This document shows positions 39,801-47,215 of a stretch of DNA of 64,000 nucleotides, in pieces. The stretch's first letter is position 1; each line of letters starts with the position of its first letter. Position numbers and translations under genes: made by a program. Source of the DNA: Lentisphaeria bacterium (GTDB taxonomy: Bacteria; Verrucomicrobiota; Lentisphaeria; Oligosphaerales; CAITYL01). The notes beneath the pieces were generated by a model, which saw only the letters and a program-made list of their open reading frames with translations, searched no databases and was not told the origin of the DNA. The DNA lies in NCBI GenBank assembly GCA_041648735.1, contig JBAZOO010000003.1, positions 53,670 through 117,669 of the forward strand. Direction: 5' to 3'.

Positions 39801-40671
39801 GCGAGACGCTTGCGCCACCATTGTAGACACCCGCGAGAGCCTCGGCGAGTTTATAGCGGGATGTCTTTCGGATACGGAAGTCGTTGCCACGGTCACAGGC
39901 GAGCTTGTGCGCTTCGTCGAAGACGACCAGCTCGTAGGGCGCAACGGCATCTTCGGCCAGCCGCGCGAAGACGCGTTCCCCCGCCAACGTATCGACACTT
40001 ATGATGACGCGCTCGCTGCCGGGGCCAGCGAATGGATTCCCGTTCTTCGCGTCCTGCCCGGTGACAATGCGGAATGGCAGGTTGAAGAGGACCTGCAGTT
40101 CCCGCTGCCAATTGCCGACCAGTCCAGCCGGAGGCACAATCAGCACGCGGGACAGCAGTCGCCGCGACAGCATCTCGCGCACGTACAGGCCGGTCATGAT
40201 CGTCTTGCCCGCGCCCGCGTCGTCGGCCAGCAGGAAGCGCAACCGGGCATGCGGCAGCATCCGGTCGTAGACTGCGATCCGCTGATGCGGCAGCGGATCG
40301 ATACTCGAGATCTCGGTGGCGAAGGTGGGGTTGGCCAGGTGGCCGAAGGATAGGCGCTCGCCTTCGACCAGAACGCGGACCACTTCAGGCTTCGCGGTGA
40401 AGTCCAGCAGCGGCGGTTCCGCAGTGCAGGGCGGCGGCTCCGGCTCAGCGCCCCCCGACCCTGCGGCCCTTTCCTTGTCGCCCTCGTCCTTGCTGAGATC
40501 GAGGATGGCTTGCCAGGACAACTGCGATGGACGCGACTTCCCGTTCTCCCACCGGTTGACCGTGGGGAACGACACTCCCAGGCGTTCGGCCAGGGCGACC
40601 TGCGTCAGCCCCAGCTTCGCCCGCAGACCCTTGATCTGCTCTGGATAGTCGTCTGTCATTCCGTCCGCCAT
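36817..40671 (-). CDS. XRE-type HTH + SNF2-family helicase + C-terminal DUF3883-like (PD-(D/E)xK-like) domain
   Basis: HTH [33 protein letters not shown]. Helicase motif I [13 protein letters not shown], motif II [9 protein letters not shown], motif III [8 protein letters not shown], motifs V/[13 protein letters not shown]...[24 protein letters not shown]. C-terminal [36 protein letters not shown]. Start at ATG 40671 (alternatives 40659 or 40779). Carries three in-frame REP1 elements. Confidence 0.85.
   Translation of the reverse strand: [1284 protein letters not shown]
37108..37166 (+). repeat. REP1 full element inside helicase CDS (C-terminal nuclease-like region)
   Basis: GGTGGGGCAACCGTCCCGGTTGCCATCT...CGCAGGCGAGACGCTTGCGCCAC. 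It encodes [23 protein letters not shown]. Confidence 0.85.
37850..37916 (+). repeat. REP1 full element inside helicase CDS
   Basis: GGTGGGGCAACCGTCCCGGTTGCCGTCT...CGCACGCGGGACGCTTGCGCCAC. It encodes [24 protein letters not shown]. Confidence 0.85.
39736..39819 (+). repeat. REP1 element with tandemly duplicated unit A inside helicase CDS (between helicase motifs II and III)
   Basis: GGTGGGGCAACCGTCCCGGTTGCCATCTTTC GTGGGGCAACCGTCCCGGTTGCCATCTTTC GCAAGCGAGACGCTTGCGCCACC. It encodes [31 protein letters not shown]. Confidence 0.9.
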
Positions 40672-40918
40672 GTCCGAAAGCTGCCTCCAGTTGGGTGGCA
40701 AAAGAACATGAACCAGACTATAGCGTCTGATATATCGCCGGCCAAGCCCCCACGCGATGACTGCCACCGGCCGACCCATGCAGGCCCCGCGCAGGCCCGC
40801 ATCGAACAGCTTCGGGCGCGGTCATGGAAGCCGGCGGCGGCTTGGCTGGCGACCGTCGGAGAAGGGTCGGAAGGCGGCGCGCGCCCAATGACCTCTCCGA
40901 GGGCAAGGCGGGGTGTTT

Positions 40919-41005
40919 GCCCGCGGAGTCCGCGGCGGCGGAAGTGTTTTCTCCGGGGTTTCCGTGTGCGCCGCGCGAAGACCGGATTTGCCTGCCCCCG
41001 CAAGG
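40919..41005 (+). repeat. dispersed 87-bp repeat, copy C (right boundary of island)
   Basis: Identical to copy B except G/C at the 21st base, in the same orientation. It lies between the helicase upstream region and yjbQ. Confidence 0.9.
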
Positions 41006-41024
41006 CCCGCCGGGCCGGGGCCGC

Positions 41025-41441
41025 TCACTCGCCGATGATCTTGACCAGGACGCGCTTGCGGCGGCCGCCGTCGAACTCGCCGTAGAAAAGCTGCTCCCAC
41101 GGCCCGAGGTCGAGCTTGCCTTCGGTCACCGCGACAACCGCCTCGCGCCCCATGACCTGGCGCTTGAGATGGGCGTCGGCATTGTCCTCGTAGCCGTTGT
41201 GGCGGTACTGGGAATAGGGGCGCTCCGGGGCGAGCTTCTCCAGCCAGGCCTCGAAGTCCTGGTGCAGCCCCGCCTCGTCGTCGTTGATGAAGACCGAGGC
41301 GGTGATGTGCATGGCGTTGACCAGGCAGAGCCCCTCGCGGATGCCCGATTCGCGCAGGCACTCCTCGACCTGGGGGGTGATGTTGATGTACTCCCGGCGG
41401 CGGGAGGTGTTGAACCACAGCTCCTGGCGATAGCTTTTCAT
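41025..41441 (-). CDS. yjbQ: YjbQ/UPF0047 family protein (secondary thiamine-phosphate synthase-like)
   Basis: [10 protein letters not shown]....[23 protein letters not shown]...DFE.WLEKL.P......YRHN...[41 protein letters not shown] matches the family pattern. Confidence 0.85.
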   Translation of the reverse strand: MKSYRQELWFNTSRRREYINITPQVEECLRESGIREGLCLVNAMHITASVFINDDEAGLHQDFEAWLEKLAPERPYSQYRHNGYEDNADAHLKRQVMGREAVVAVTEGKLDLGPWEQLFYGEFDGGRRKRVLVKIIGE

Positions 41442-41519
41442 GGGGACGGCCCACCCTTTCCATGGCGTCTGGAGAGTTTGCCGGAACTGTACCACGGGAA
41501 AGGGGAAATGCCGGGACGG

Positions 41520-42416
41520 CTACTGGCGGCTGGCGTCCGCCAGCGCCTCCCGGCAGAGGCGGGCGGCCCCCAGCAGCGCCGCCCGGTCGCCAAGCACGGC
41601 GGGGAGGATCCGCGGCTGGGCCACCGCCAAGGTCCATTCCCGAAGGGTTTCCTCCATGGCCGGGGCGAAGAACGGCCAGGCCTCGGCCACGGCGCCGCCG
41701 ATGGCGATCCGCTCGGGGTCGAGGGTGTTGACCAGAAAGGCGGCGATGACGCCCAGGTTCCGCCCCAGCGCCGCATAGGCCGCGCCCGCCGCCGGGTCGC
41801 CCTGCGCCGCCAGCCGGTGGATTTCCGGGCCGGGGCAGGAATGGCCGCTCCGCCGTTCGTACTCGGCGGCGACGAAGGGGCCGCAGGCCTCCTCCTCCAT
41901 GCAGCGGCCGTTGAGCGGCGTCTGCCAGATTTCGCCGGCGCAGCCGTGGGCGCCGCGGTGCAGGCGGCCATCGAGGATCAGGCCGAGGCCAAGGCCGGTG
42001 CCGACGGTGAGCCCGCAGAAATGGCGGGTGCCGCGCCCCGCGCCCTGCCACCATTCGCCGGCGGCGAAGCAGTCGGCATCATTCCGGCAGAACACCGGCA
42101 GGGCGAGCGCCGCCTCCAGCCGCTCCCGGAGCGGGAAGCCCTCGAGCGTCGGGAAGTTGCCGGGGAAGAGGAAGCGGCCGTCGTCGGCCACGGCGGTGGC
42201 CACGCCGGCGGCCAGCCCGGCCGGCGGCGCCGGGGCGGTGGCGCGCAGTTCCGCCACGATGGCGACCAGGTCCGCCAGGATTTCCGCCGCCGGGCGCTCG
42301 CGCCGGGTCGGCCGGCGCACCACTGGGCCGCAGCCGCCATCCGCGGCGACCACCGCGGCGCGGATCCAGGTGCCGCCGAAATCCATGCCAATGACTGGGG
42401 CGTTCTTCATTGTCAT
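41520..42416 (-). CDS. ROK-family sugar kinase (glucokinase-like)
   Basis: VIGMDFGGTWIRAAVV (ATPase phosphate-1), GLTVGTGLGLGLILDG, GCAGEIWQ (ROK GxAGEiG-like). The start lies within a few nt of the upstream gene's stop. Confidence 0.8.
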   Translation of the reverse strand: MTMKNAPVIGMDFGGTWIRAAVVAADGGCGPVVRRPTRRERPAAEILADLVAIVAELRATAPAPPAGLAAGVATAVADDGRFLFPGNFPTLEGFPLRERLEAALALPVFCRNDADCFAAGEWWQGAGRGTRHFCGLTVGTGLGLGLILDGRLHRGAHGCAGEIWQTPLNGRCMEEEACGPFVAAEYERRSGHSCPGPEIHRLAAQGDPAAGAAYAALGRNLGVIAAFLVNTLDPERIAIGGAVAEAWPFFAPAMEETLREWTLAVAQPRILPAVLGDRAALLGAARLCREALADASRQ

Positions 42417-45400
42417 TCCGCCTCCAGGCGCAGCCGCGGCCACTGGCAGGGCCAGGTCTGGGGCACCGTCAGGAGGCTGACGGGCGCCAGCCCCAGGCCG
42501 CGGAGTTGAAGATCAAAGGCCACCGCCACCGCCCGGGGCGGGCGTCCGGCGGCGGCGCGGCCGAAGCCAGGAGCGACCCGGGCCAGTGGCAGCCGCAGCT
42601 CGACCGTCGCCAAGCTGCCGTCAGGCGTGAACGCCTCGCTCCAGGCGAACCCCTCGGCGGCCGGGCCCAAGAGGATTTCCACGCCGTCGCGGGCGGCATC
42701 CTCCGGAGCGAAACCGGCGCTCCCAGCCGGCAGGGCGACAAATTGGGCGAAGCCGCCGAAGCCGCGCTGGGCCAGGAGCCGGAGCACGGCCGGCTCCGTG
42801 AACTTGAAGGCCAGGTACAACTGGTCGTCCTTGCCCCAGCGGGCGGCGGTGGCCACGCCCGGGCGGAGAGGGCGGAACGCGGCGCTGTCCCAGTCGTCCA
42901 GGTAGCCATCCACCTGGAGGCCGGCGGCCGGCGCCGGCTTCACGGCCGGCGCCGACGCTGGCACCGGTGGTGGCGATGCGTCGGCGGCGGGGGGCAGCAA
43001 GGCGGCAAACGCCGTGTCCGTGAGGCGCACCGCCCGATTCTCGACCAAGAGGAGGAGCGCCTCCTGCCGGGCCAGGCCAGCACCGCCCCGGACGCGGAAG
43101 GGGGGGAAGAGGAACGGCACCAAGGGCGTGCCGGGCTTCAAGTCGTCGGCGACCGCCACCACCCGCGGCGGCTGCCCCGCCCCCATCTGGCTGACCCCGA
43201 AGAAATGCCAGGCCTTGCCCTTCCAGAGCAGGGAGAAGTCATGGGCCGGAGCGAAGCGGGCGTCAATGAAGCTGCCCAAGTCCAGGGGCTTGCGATAGAG
43301 GAGCCGCCCCGCCTTGCGGTCGAGCACGCCGACGACGAGTTTCCCCTTCTCGGCCTTTTCCGGCAGGAGCAGGCCGGCGGCCAGGTCGTCGCTGAGCAGG
43401 CTGGGTGGGACGGCGAACCGGGCTTTCGCGGAGAGGTCAACCTTGTGGCGGCCATCAACCAGGCTCCAGCCGTTCCGGTGGAGGCGCACGGCCAGCAGGT
43501 CGGGGGCGAGCTGGCGGTGCCAGGACTGCCAGGGGAATTCGCCGAAGTCGCCGCCACCGGCCTCGCCCCAGTCGGCGGTGGCGAAGGGCGCAAACTTGTC
43601 GGCGGTGATGAGCAGGCTGCCCTTGGGATGGTAGGCCAGCCAGGCATCCGGCTCCAGCCGCGCCAGGTGCCGGCTGGCTGTCCACCCCCGCCCTTGGCCG
43701 CCGGCCGGGTACGGCGCCTCGGCGAACTGTTTGTAGACGCCGCCCGCCGGCCGGCAAAGGCGAAGCTTCCGATCCCGGTCGAGCAGCAGGTTGCCGTTGC
43801 GGAAGAGACCGAGAGGCTGGCCGCCCCGCTCCTTGAGGGTGGCGACGGTGCGGACCGTGCCGCGGGCCAGGGCGTAGACGCTGACCTCGTGGGTTCCGGG
43901 CGGGCGGAAGCCGAAGAGCAAGCCGTCGTCAATCCGGATCGGCGCCAGGATGCTGCCGCTGCCCGGGCCGGTGGCGGGGAACTGGCCGACGGGGCGGCTG
44001 GAGGCCCGGTCCAGGGCGGTGACGGTACCGTTTTGGACGATGTAGACGGTGGCGCTAACCACCTCCACTCCGGCGCCCGCCTCGAGCAGCGGCCAGCTCC
44101 ATTTGCCGTGCAGGTCGGCGGTCAGCCCCACCACCGCGGTGGCGGCGTGCAGCACCGGCTCGCCGGCGCCGGCGTCGAGGACGGCCGCGTCGGCCAGGTT
44201 GGCGGGGAACCCCGGTTCCACAGGCAGCGGCGGGCTGGCGCCGGCCGGTTCGCTGAGCACGCCCAGCCACGGCTCCGGCGAGCCCCGCCGCCACCCCCAG
44301 CAGCGGCTGCCATCAAAGCCGGCCAGCGCCAGCTCGGCGGGGAAGCGCCCCGACGCGCCCGCCAGCCGTCCCGTCTCCGACCAGAGTTCAAGCCGGTTTT
44401 CGCGGTTCAGGAGGATTCCGTCGGCGCAGGAGGCGAGGATCTCGGTGCGGCCGCCGGCGAGGGTGAAGCTTTCGCGCAGATCCCGGAGGGAGAGCGCCGC
44501 GGCGCCGCCGTCGGCCAAGGTCAAGAATGCGGTGTTGGCGCCGGCCGGGCGGCAATCGAGCCATTGCCGGCGGCTGCTTTCGGCCACCAGGCGGCCGGTG
44601 GCGCGGTCGAGGAGCAGGAGGCTGGCGCCGTCACGGGTGGCGCAGAGGAGGTTGCTGCCGCCGACCACCGGCGGGCAGCCCCGCCGTTGCACCGGCAGGG
44701 CGGCGATGTCGCCGGAAATCAGGAAGGGCAGCCGGTTGTAGGTGCGCAGCCATTGCAGGTGGCGGCCGGGCAAGTTGACGGCGGCGATGACGCCCAGGTT
44801 GGTGTTGAGGTAGGCCATGCCGTCCGCCACCGCCGGCTCGGGCATGAACCACTCCAGGCGGGTGCCGCGGCTGCCCCCACCCAAATCGCTCTCCGGGTTG
44901 GCCGAAAACAGCAGCAGCTCGAACTCGCTTTCGCCGGTGGCCGCGTTCCAGCTCGCAAGGTAGAAACTGGGCATGACATCCGGTTTCATGACGACCGCCA
45001 GCACCGATTCCCCCCACGGCACCGGGTCGGTGCAGAGCTGGTGGCCGGGGTCATCCCAGGTCCAAACCGGCGCGCCCGTGGCCAGGTCCAGGGCGGCCAG
45101 GACGAACCGGCCATTGCGGAGCAGGCGGGCGTAGGCGCGGCGGCCATCCTCCTTGGGGCTGAACCGGTCACCGAGGATGCGCTGGCCGGGGTTGCCCAGG
45201 GGGCGGGAATTGTCGAAGCCGGTACGCCAAAGTTGGCGCCCCTGGCTGGCCCGGGCGATCAACCGGCTGTTCTGGAAGAGCAGCGTGCCGGAAAAATTGG
45301 CGGATGGCCAGCCCGGCACCGGCTGGCCGGGTGCGCCCTCCACCCCCGTCCGGGCCAGGTGCGCATCCACCTCGCCCGGCGGCAACGCCACCGCCGGCGC

Positions 45401-47026
45401 AAACCCGAGGGGAAGCAATCCGGAAACCGGTGCCGCCAGGGCGGCGACGGCGGGGCCGGCGGCGGCGGCGGGCCGCGGGGCCGGGCGGGCCGGCGGCGGT
45501 TTCAGGGAAAGCCGGGCCAGGATTTCGTGCGCCTGGGCGGCGTCGTAGCCGAAGCGGCGGATGAGCACCTGCACATACTGGCGCACCGCCGGCTCGTACA
45601 TCTCCGCATAGGGCTGGAACGCCTCGCGGTAGCGCACGACGGCCCCGGTGTAGAGCCCCGGCTCCGCCCCCTCCACCACCAGGGCGGCCTTCTCCTGAAG
45701 GCAGGCCCGGATCCGTTCCGCCAGCCGGATGCGGTCGTTCTGCCGGGCCTGGAGCGCCACCTCGTTGAGGGCCAGCTCAAAGTCGAGGTCGCGCGGCACC
45801 TGGGTCAGCGACCGCTGCAACGAAAGGACGAACCGCCAGCAGCGGTCGAAGGTCTGCTTGCCGCTGGGGGAAAGCTGGTCCTGCGGGAGGGCGCGCAGCA
45901 GTTCGCGGGCGCGCTCCGTCTCGCCGCGGCTGATGAGCATCCGGGCCACCCAGAGGTCCCAGTCGAGGCCGAGCAGCGGCCGCAGCGTCGCCTGCTCCGC
46001 TTCGAGGAAGGCCAGGGCCTCGGTGAACTGGAAGCCATTGCCCATGGCCTCCAGGCAGTGGCCGGCCGCCTTCTGGCGGAGTTCCGGGGGCAGCTCCGGC
46101 GAGCGGACGAGCTGCTGGCAGAAGTGGGCGAACAATCCCTCCGCCCCCTGGGCATGGCAGCGGTTGCGGATGCGGTCGAGGAGCTGGCCGGCCTGGGTGG
46201 CGTCGGCGGTGTTGCGCAGCACGAACAGGTGCCAATGGAGCGCATTGGGCAGGTCGTCCAGTTGCTCGTAGGCATCCGCCAGCGCCTGGGCGGCCGGCAC
46301 CGCGGCGGCCGGCTCGCGCTCGGCAAAGCGGCGCAACGCATCGGTCCGGACGCGGATCGGCTTCCACAGCGGATGCTCCTCCAGCAGCCAGGCGCGCACC
46401 CCCCAGGCACCGCCCACTTGGACGAGCTTGACGAGAAGCCGGTTGTGGTTGCCAAGCACAATCGGGACCACGGCGGCTGACCGCCCCGCCGCCGTGTAGG
46501 CCACCCGATGGTTGACCCGGACCAGCGCGCCGTCGTCATGTTCGATCTTGAGGAAGCGCCGGCCGGGGCGGGCCGTGAGGTCGGGCAGGTAGAACAGCGC
46601 GGCGAACTGCTCCAGCTTCGGGTCAAGCGCCGGCTGGGCCGGATCCGCCTGCCGCCGCCAGGCGACGCGCCGCCCGTCCTTCCCCGCCACGGTCTGGGCG
46701 ATGTTCAGCTCCGCCTCGCCGGGCAACGTCTCCTCGAGGGCATTGCCTTGGCGGGAGTCGAGCGGCCCCAGGACGTACCAGCCGGAGAGTTCGCTGAGCT
46801 GGGGCTGGTTCCCGGAATGCGCCAGGGAATCCTTGAGCACCTCCTCCAGCGTCGCGCCGGCGGCGACGAAGAAGCGGGTGCCGTCCCACCACTCCGGCTT
46901 CTGCGCATAGGGCGCCGGCGGCGCCGCGCCGGCCCTGGTGGTGGCCGCCAGCGCCAGCAGCGGCAACAGCCGCCCCGCCGCCACCAGCCAACTCCTCCAG
47001 CCCCGAAACAGCTTGCCATTCATCAT
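42413..47026 (-). CDS. very large secreted protein with TPR-like helical region and PQQ/BamB-like beta-propeller repeats
   Basis: Signal peptide MMNGKLFRGWRSWLVAAGRLLPLLALAATTRAGA. Repeated a.D..TG...W-type blades (ALDLATGAPVWTW, SWNAATGESEFE, LLDRATGRLVAES). Helical repeat region at aa ~250-480. Function unknown. Confidence 0.65.
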   Translation of the reverse strand: MMNGKLFRGWRSWLVAAGRLLPLLALAATTRAGAAPPAPYAQKPEWWDGTRFFVAAGATLEEVLKDSLAHSGNQPQLSELSGWYVLGPLDSRQGNALEETLPGEAELNIAQTVAGKDGRRVAWRRQADPAQPALDPKLEQFAALFYLPDLTARPGRRFLKIEHDDGALVRVNHRVAYTAAGRSAAVVPIVLGNHNRLLVKLVQVGGAWGVRAWLLEEHPLWKPIRVRTDALRRFAEREPAAAVPAAQALADAYEQLDDLPNALHWHLFVLRNTADATQAGQLLDRIRNRCHAQGAEGLFAHFCQQLVRSPELPPELRQKAAGHCLEAMGNGFQFTEALAFLEAEQATLRPLLGLDWDLWVARMLISRGETERARELLRALPQDQLSPSGKQTFDRCWRFVLSLQRSLTQVPRDLDFELALNEVALQARQNDRIRLAERIRACLQEKAALVVEGAEPGLYTGAVVRYREAFQPYAEMYEPAVRQYVQVLIRRFGYDAAQAHEILARLSLKPPPARPAPRPAAAAGPAVAALAAPVSGLLPLGFAPAVALPPGEVDAHLARTGVEGAPGQPVPGWPSANFSGTLLFQNSRLIARASQGRQLWRTGFDNSRPLGNPGQRILGDRFSPKEDGRRAYARLLRNGRFVLAALDLATGAPVWTWDDPGHQLCTDPVPWGESVLAVVMKPDVMPSFYLASWNAATGESEFELLLFSANPESDLGGGSRGTRLEWFMPEPAVADGMAYLNTNLGVIAAVNLPGRHLQWLRTYNRLPFLISGDIAALPVQRRGCPPVVGGSNLLCATRDGASLLLLDRATGRLVAESSRRQWLDCRPAGANTAFLTLADGGAAALSLRDLRESFTLAGGRTEILASCADGILLNRENRLELWSETGRLAGASGRFPAELALAGFDGSRCWGWRRGSPEPWLGVLSEPAGASPPLPVEPGFPANLADAAVLDAGAGEPVLHAATAVVGLTADLHGKWSWPLLEAGAGVEVVSATVYIVQNGTVTALDRASSRPVGQFPATGPGSGSILAPIRIDDGLLFGFRPPGTHEVSVYALARGTVRTVATLKERGGQPLGLFRNGNLLLDRDRKLRLCRPAGGVYKQFAEAPYPAGGQGRGWTASRHLARLEPDAWLAYHPKGSLLITADKFAPFATADWGEAGGGDFGEFPWQSWHRQLAPDLLAVRLHRNGWSLVDGRHKVDLSAKARFAVPPSLLSDDLAAGLLLPEKAEKGKLVVGVLDRKAGRLLYRKPLDLGSFIDARFAPAHDFSLLWKGKAWHFFGVSQMGAGQPPRVVAVADDLKPGTPLVPFLFPPFRVRGGAGLARQEALLLLVENRAVRLTDTAFAALLPPAADASPPPVPASAPAVKPAPAAGLQVDGYLDDWDSAAFRPLRPGVATAARWGKDDQLYLAFKFTEPAVLRLLAQRGFGGFAQFVALPAGSAGFAPEDAARDGVEILLGPAAEGFAWSEAFTPDGSLATVELRLPLARVAPGFGRAAAGRPPRAVAVAFDLQLRGLGLAPVSLLTVPQTWPCQWPRLRLEAE

Positions 47027-47215
47027 CCACACTCCCGGCTCCGGACGATCCCACTCCCGGCCGCGGCACCATTGCCGCCCCCCGGCGGCCACCGGCCGGC
47101 ACAAGGGTAGCGCCCGCCCGCGCGAGTTCGTAGCACCGACACGCATGAGGCGCAAGAGACGGCCGTGTCAGCGCGGCTGCCTCTTGTCGCTCTCAATGTG
47201 ATTGTTGGGCAGATA

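Noticed and set aside
24195-41005. Interpretation of the island as a prophage, ICE or classical integrase-mediated genomic island
   Set aside because: No integrase, phage structural, conjugation or replication genes are present. The flanking repeat also occurs elsewhere (16.6 kb). The tRNA adjacency and the flanking repeats are reported as a finding, but the classical mechanism is not supported.
42410-46480. 1356-aa plus-strand ORF opposite the 1580-aa beta-propeller gene, and 57692..60763 (1023 aa) opposite the beta-mannosidase gene
   Set aside because: The translations are dominated by G/A/R/P/E runs with no motifs. The opposite-strand products carry clear family signatures (PQQ-like blades; GH2 mannosidase blocks).
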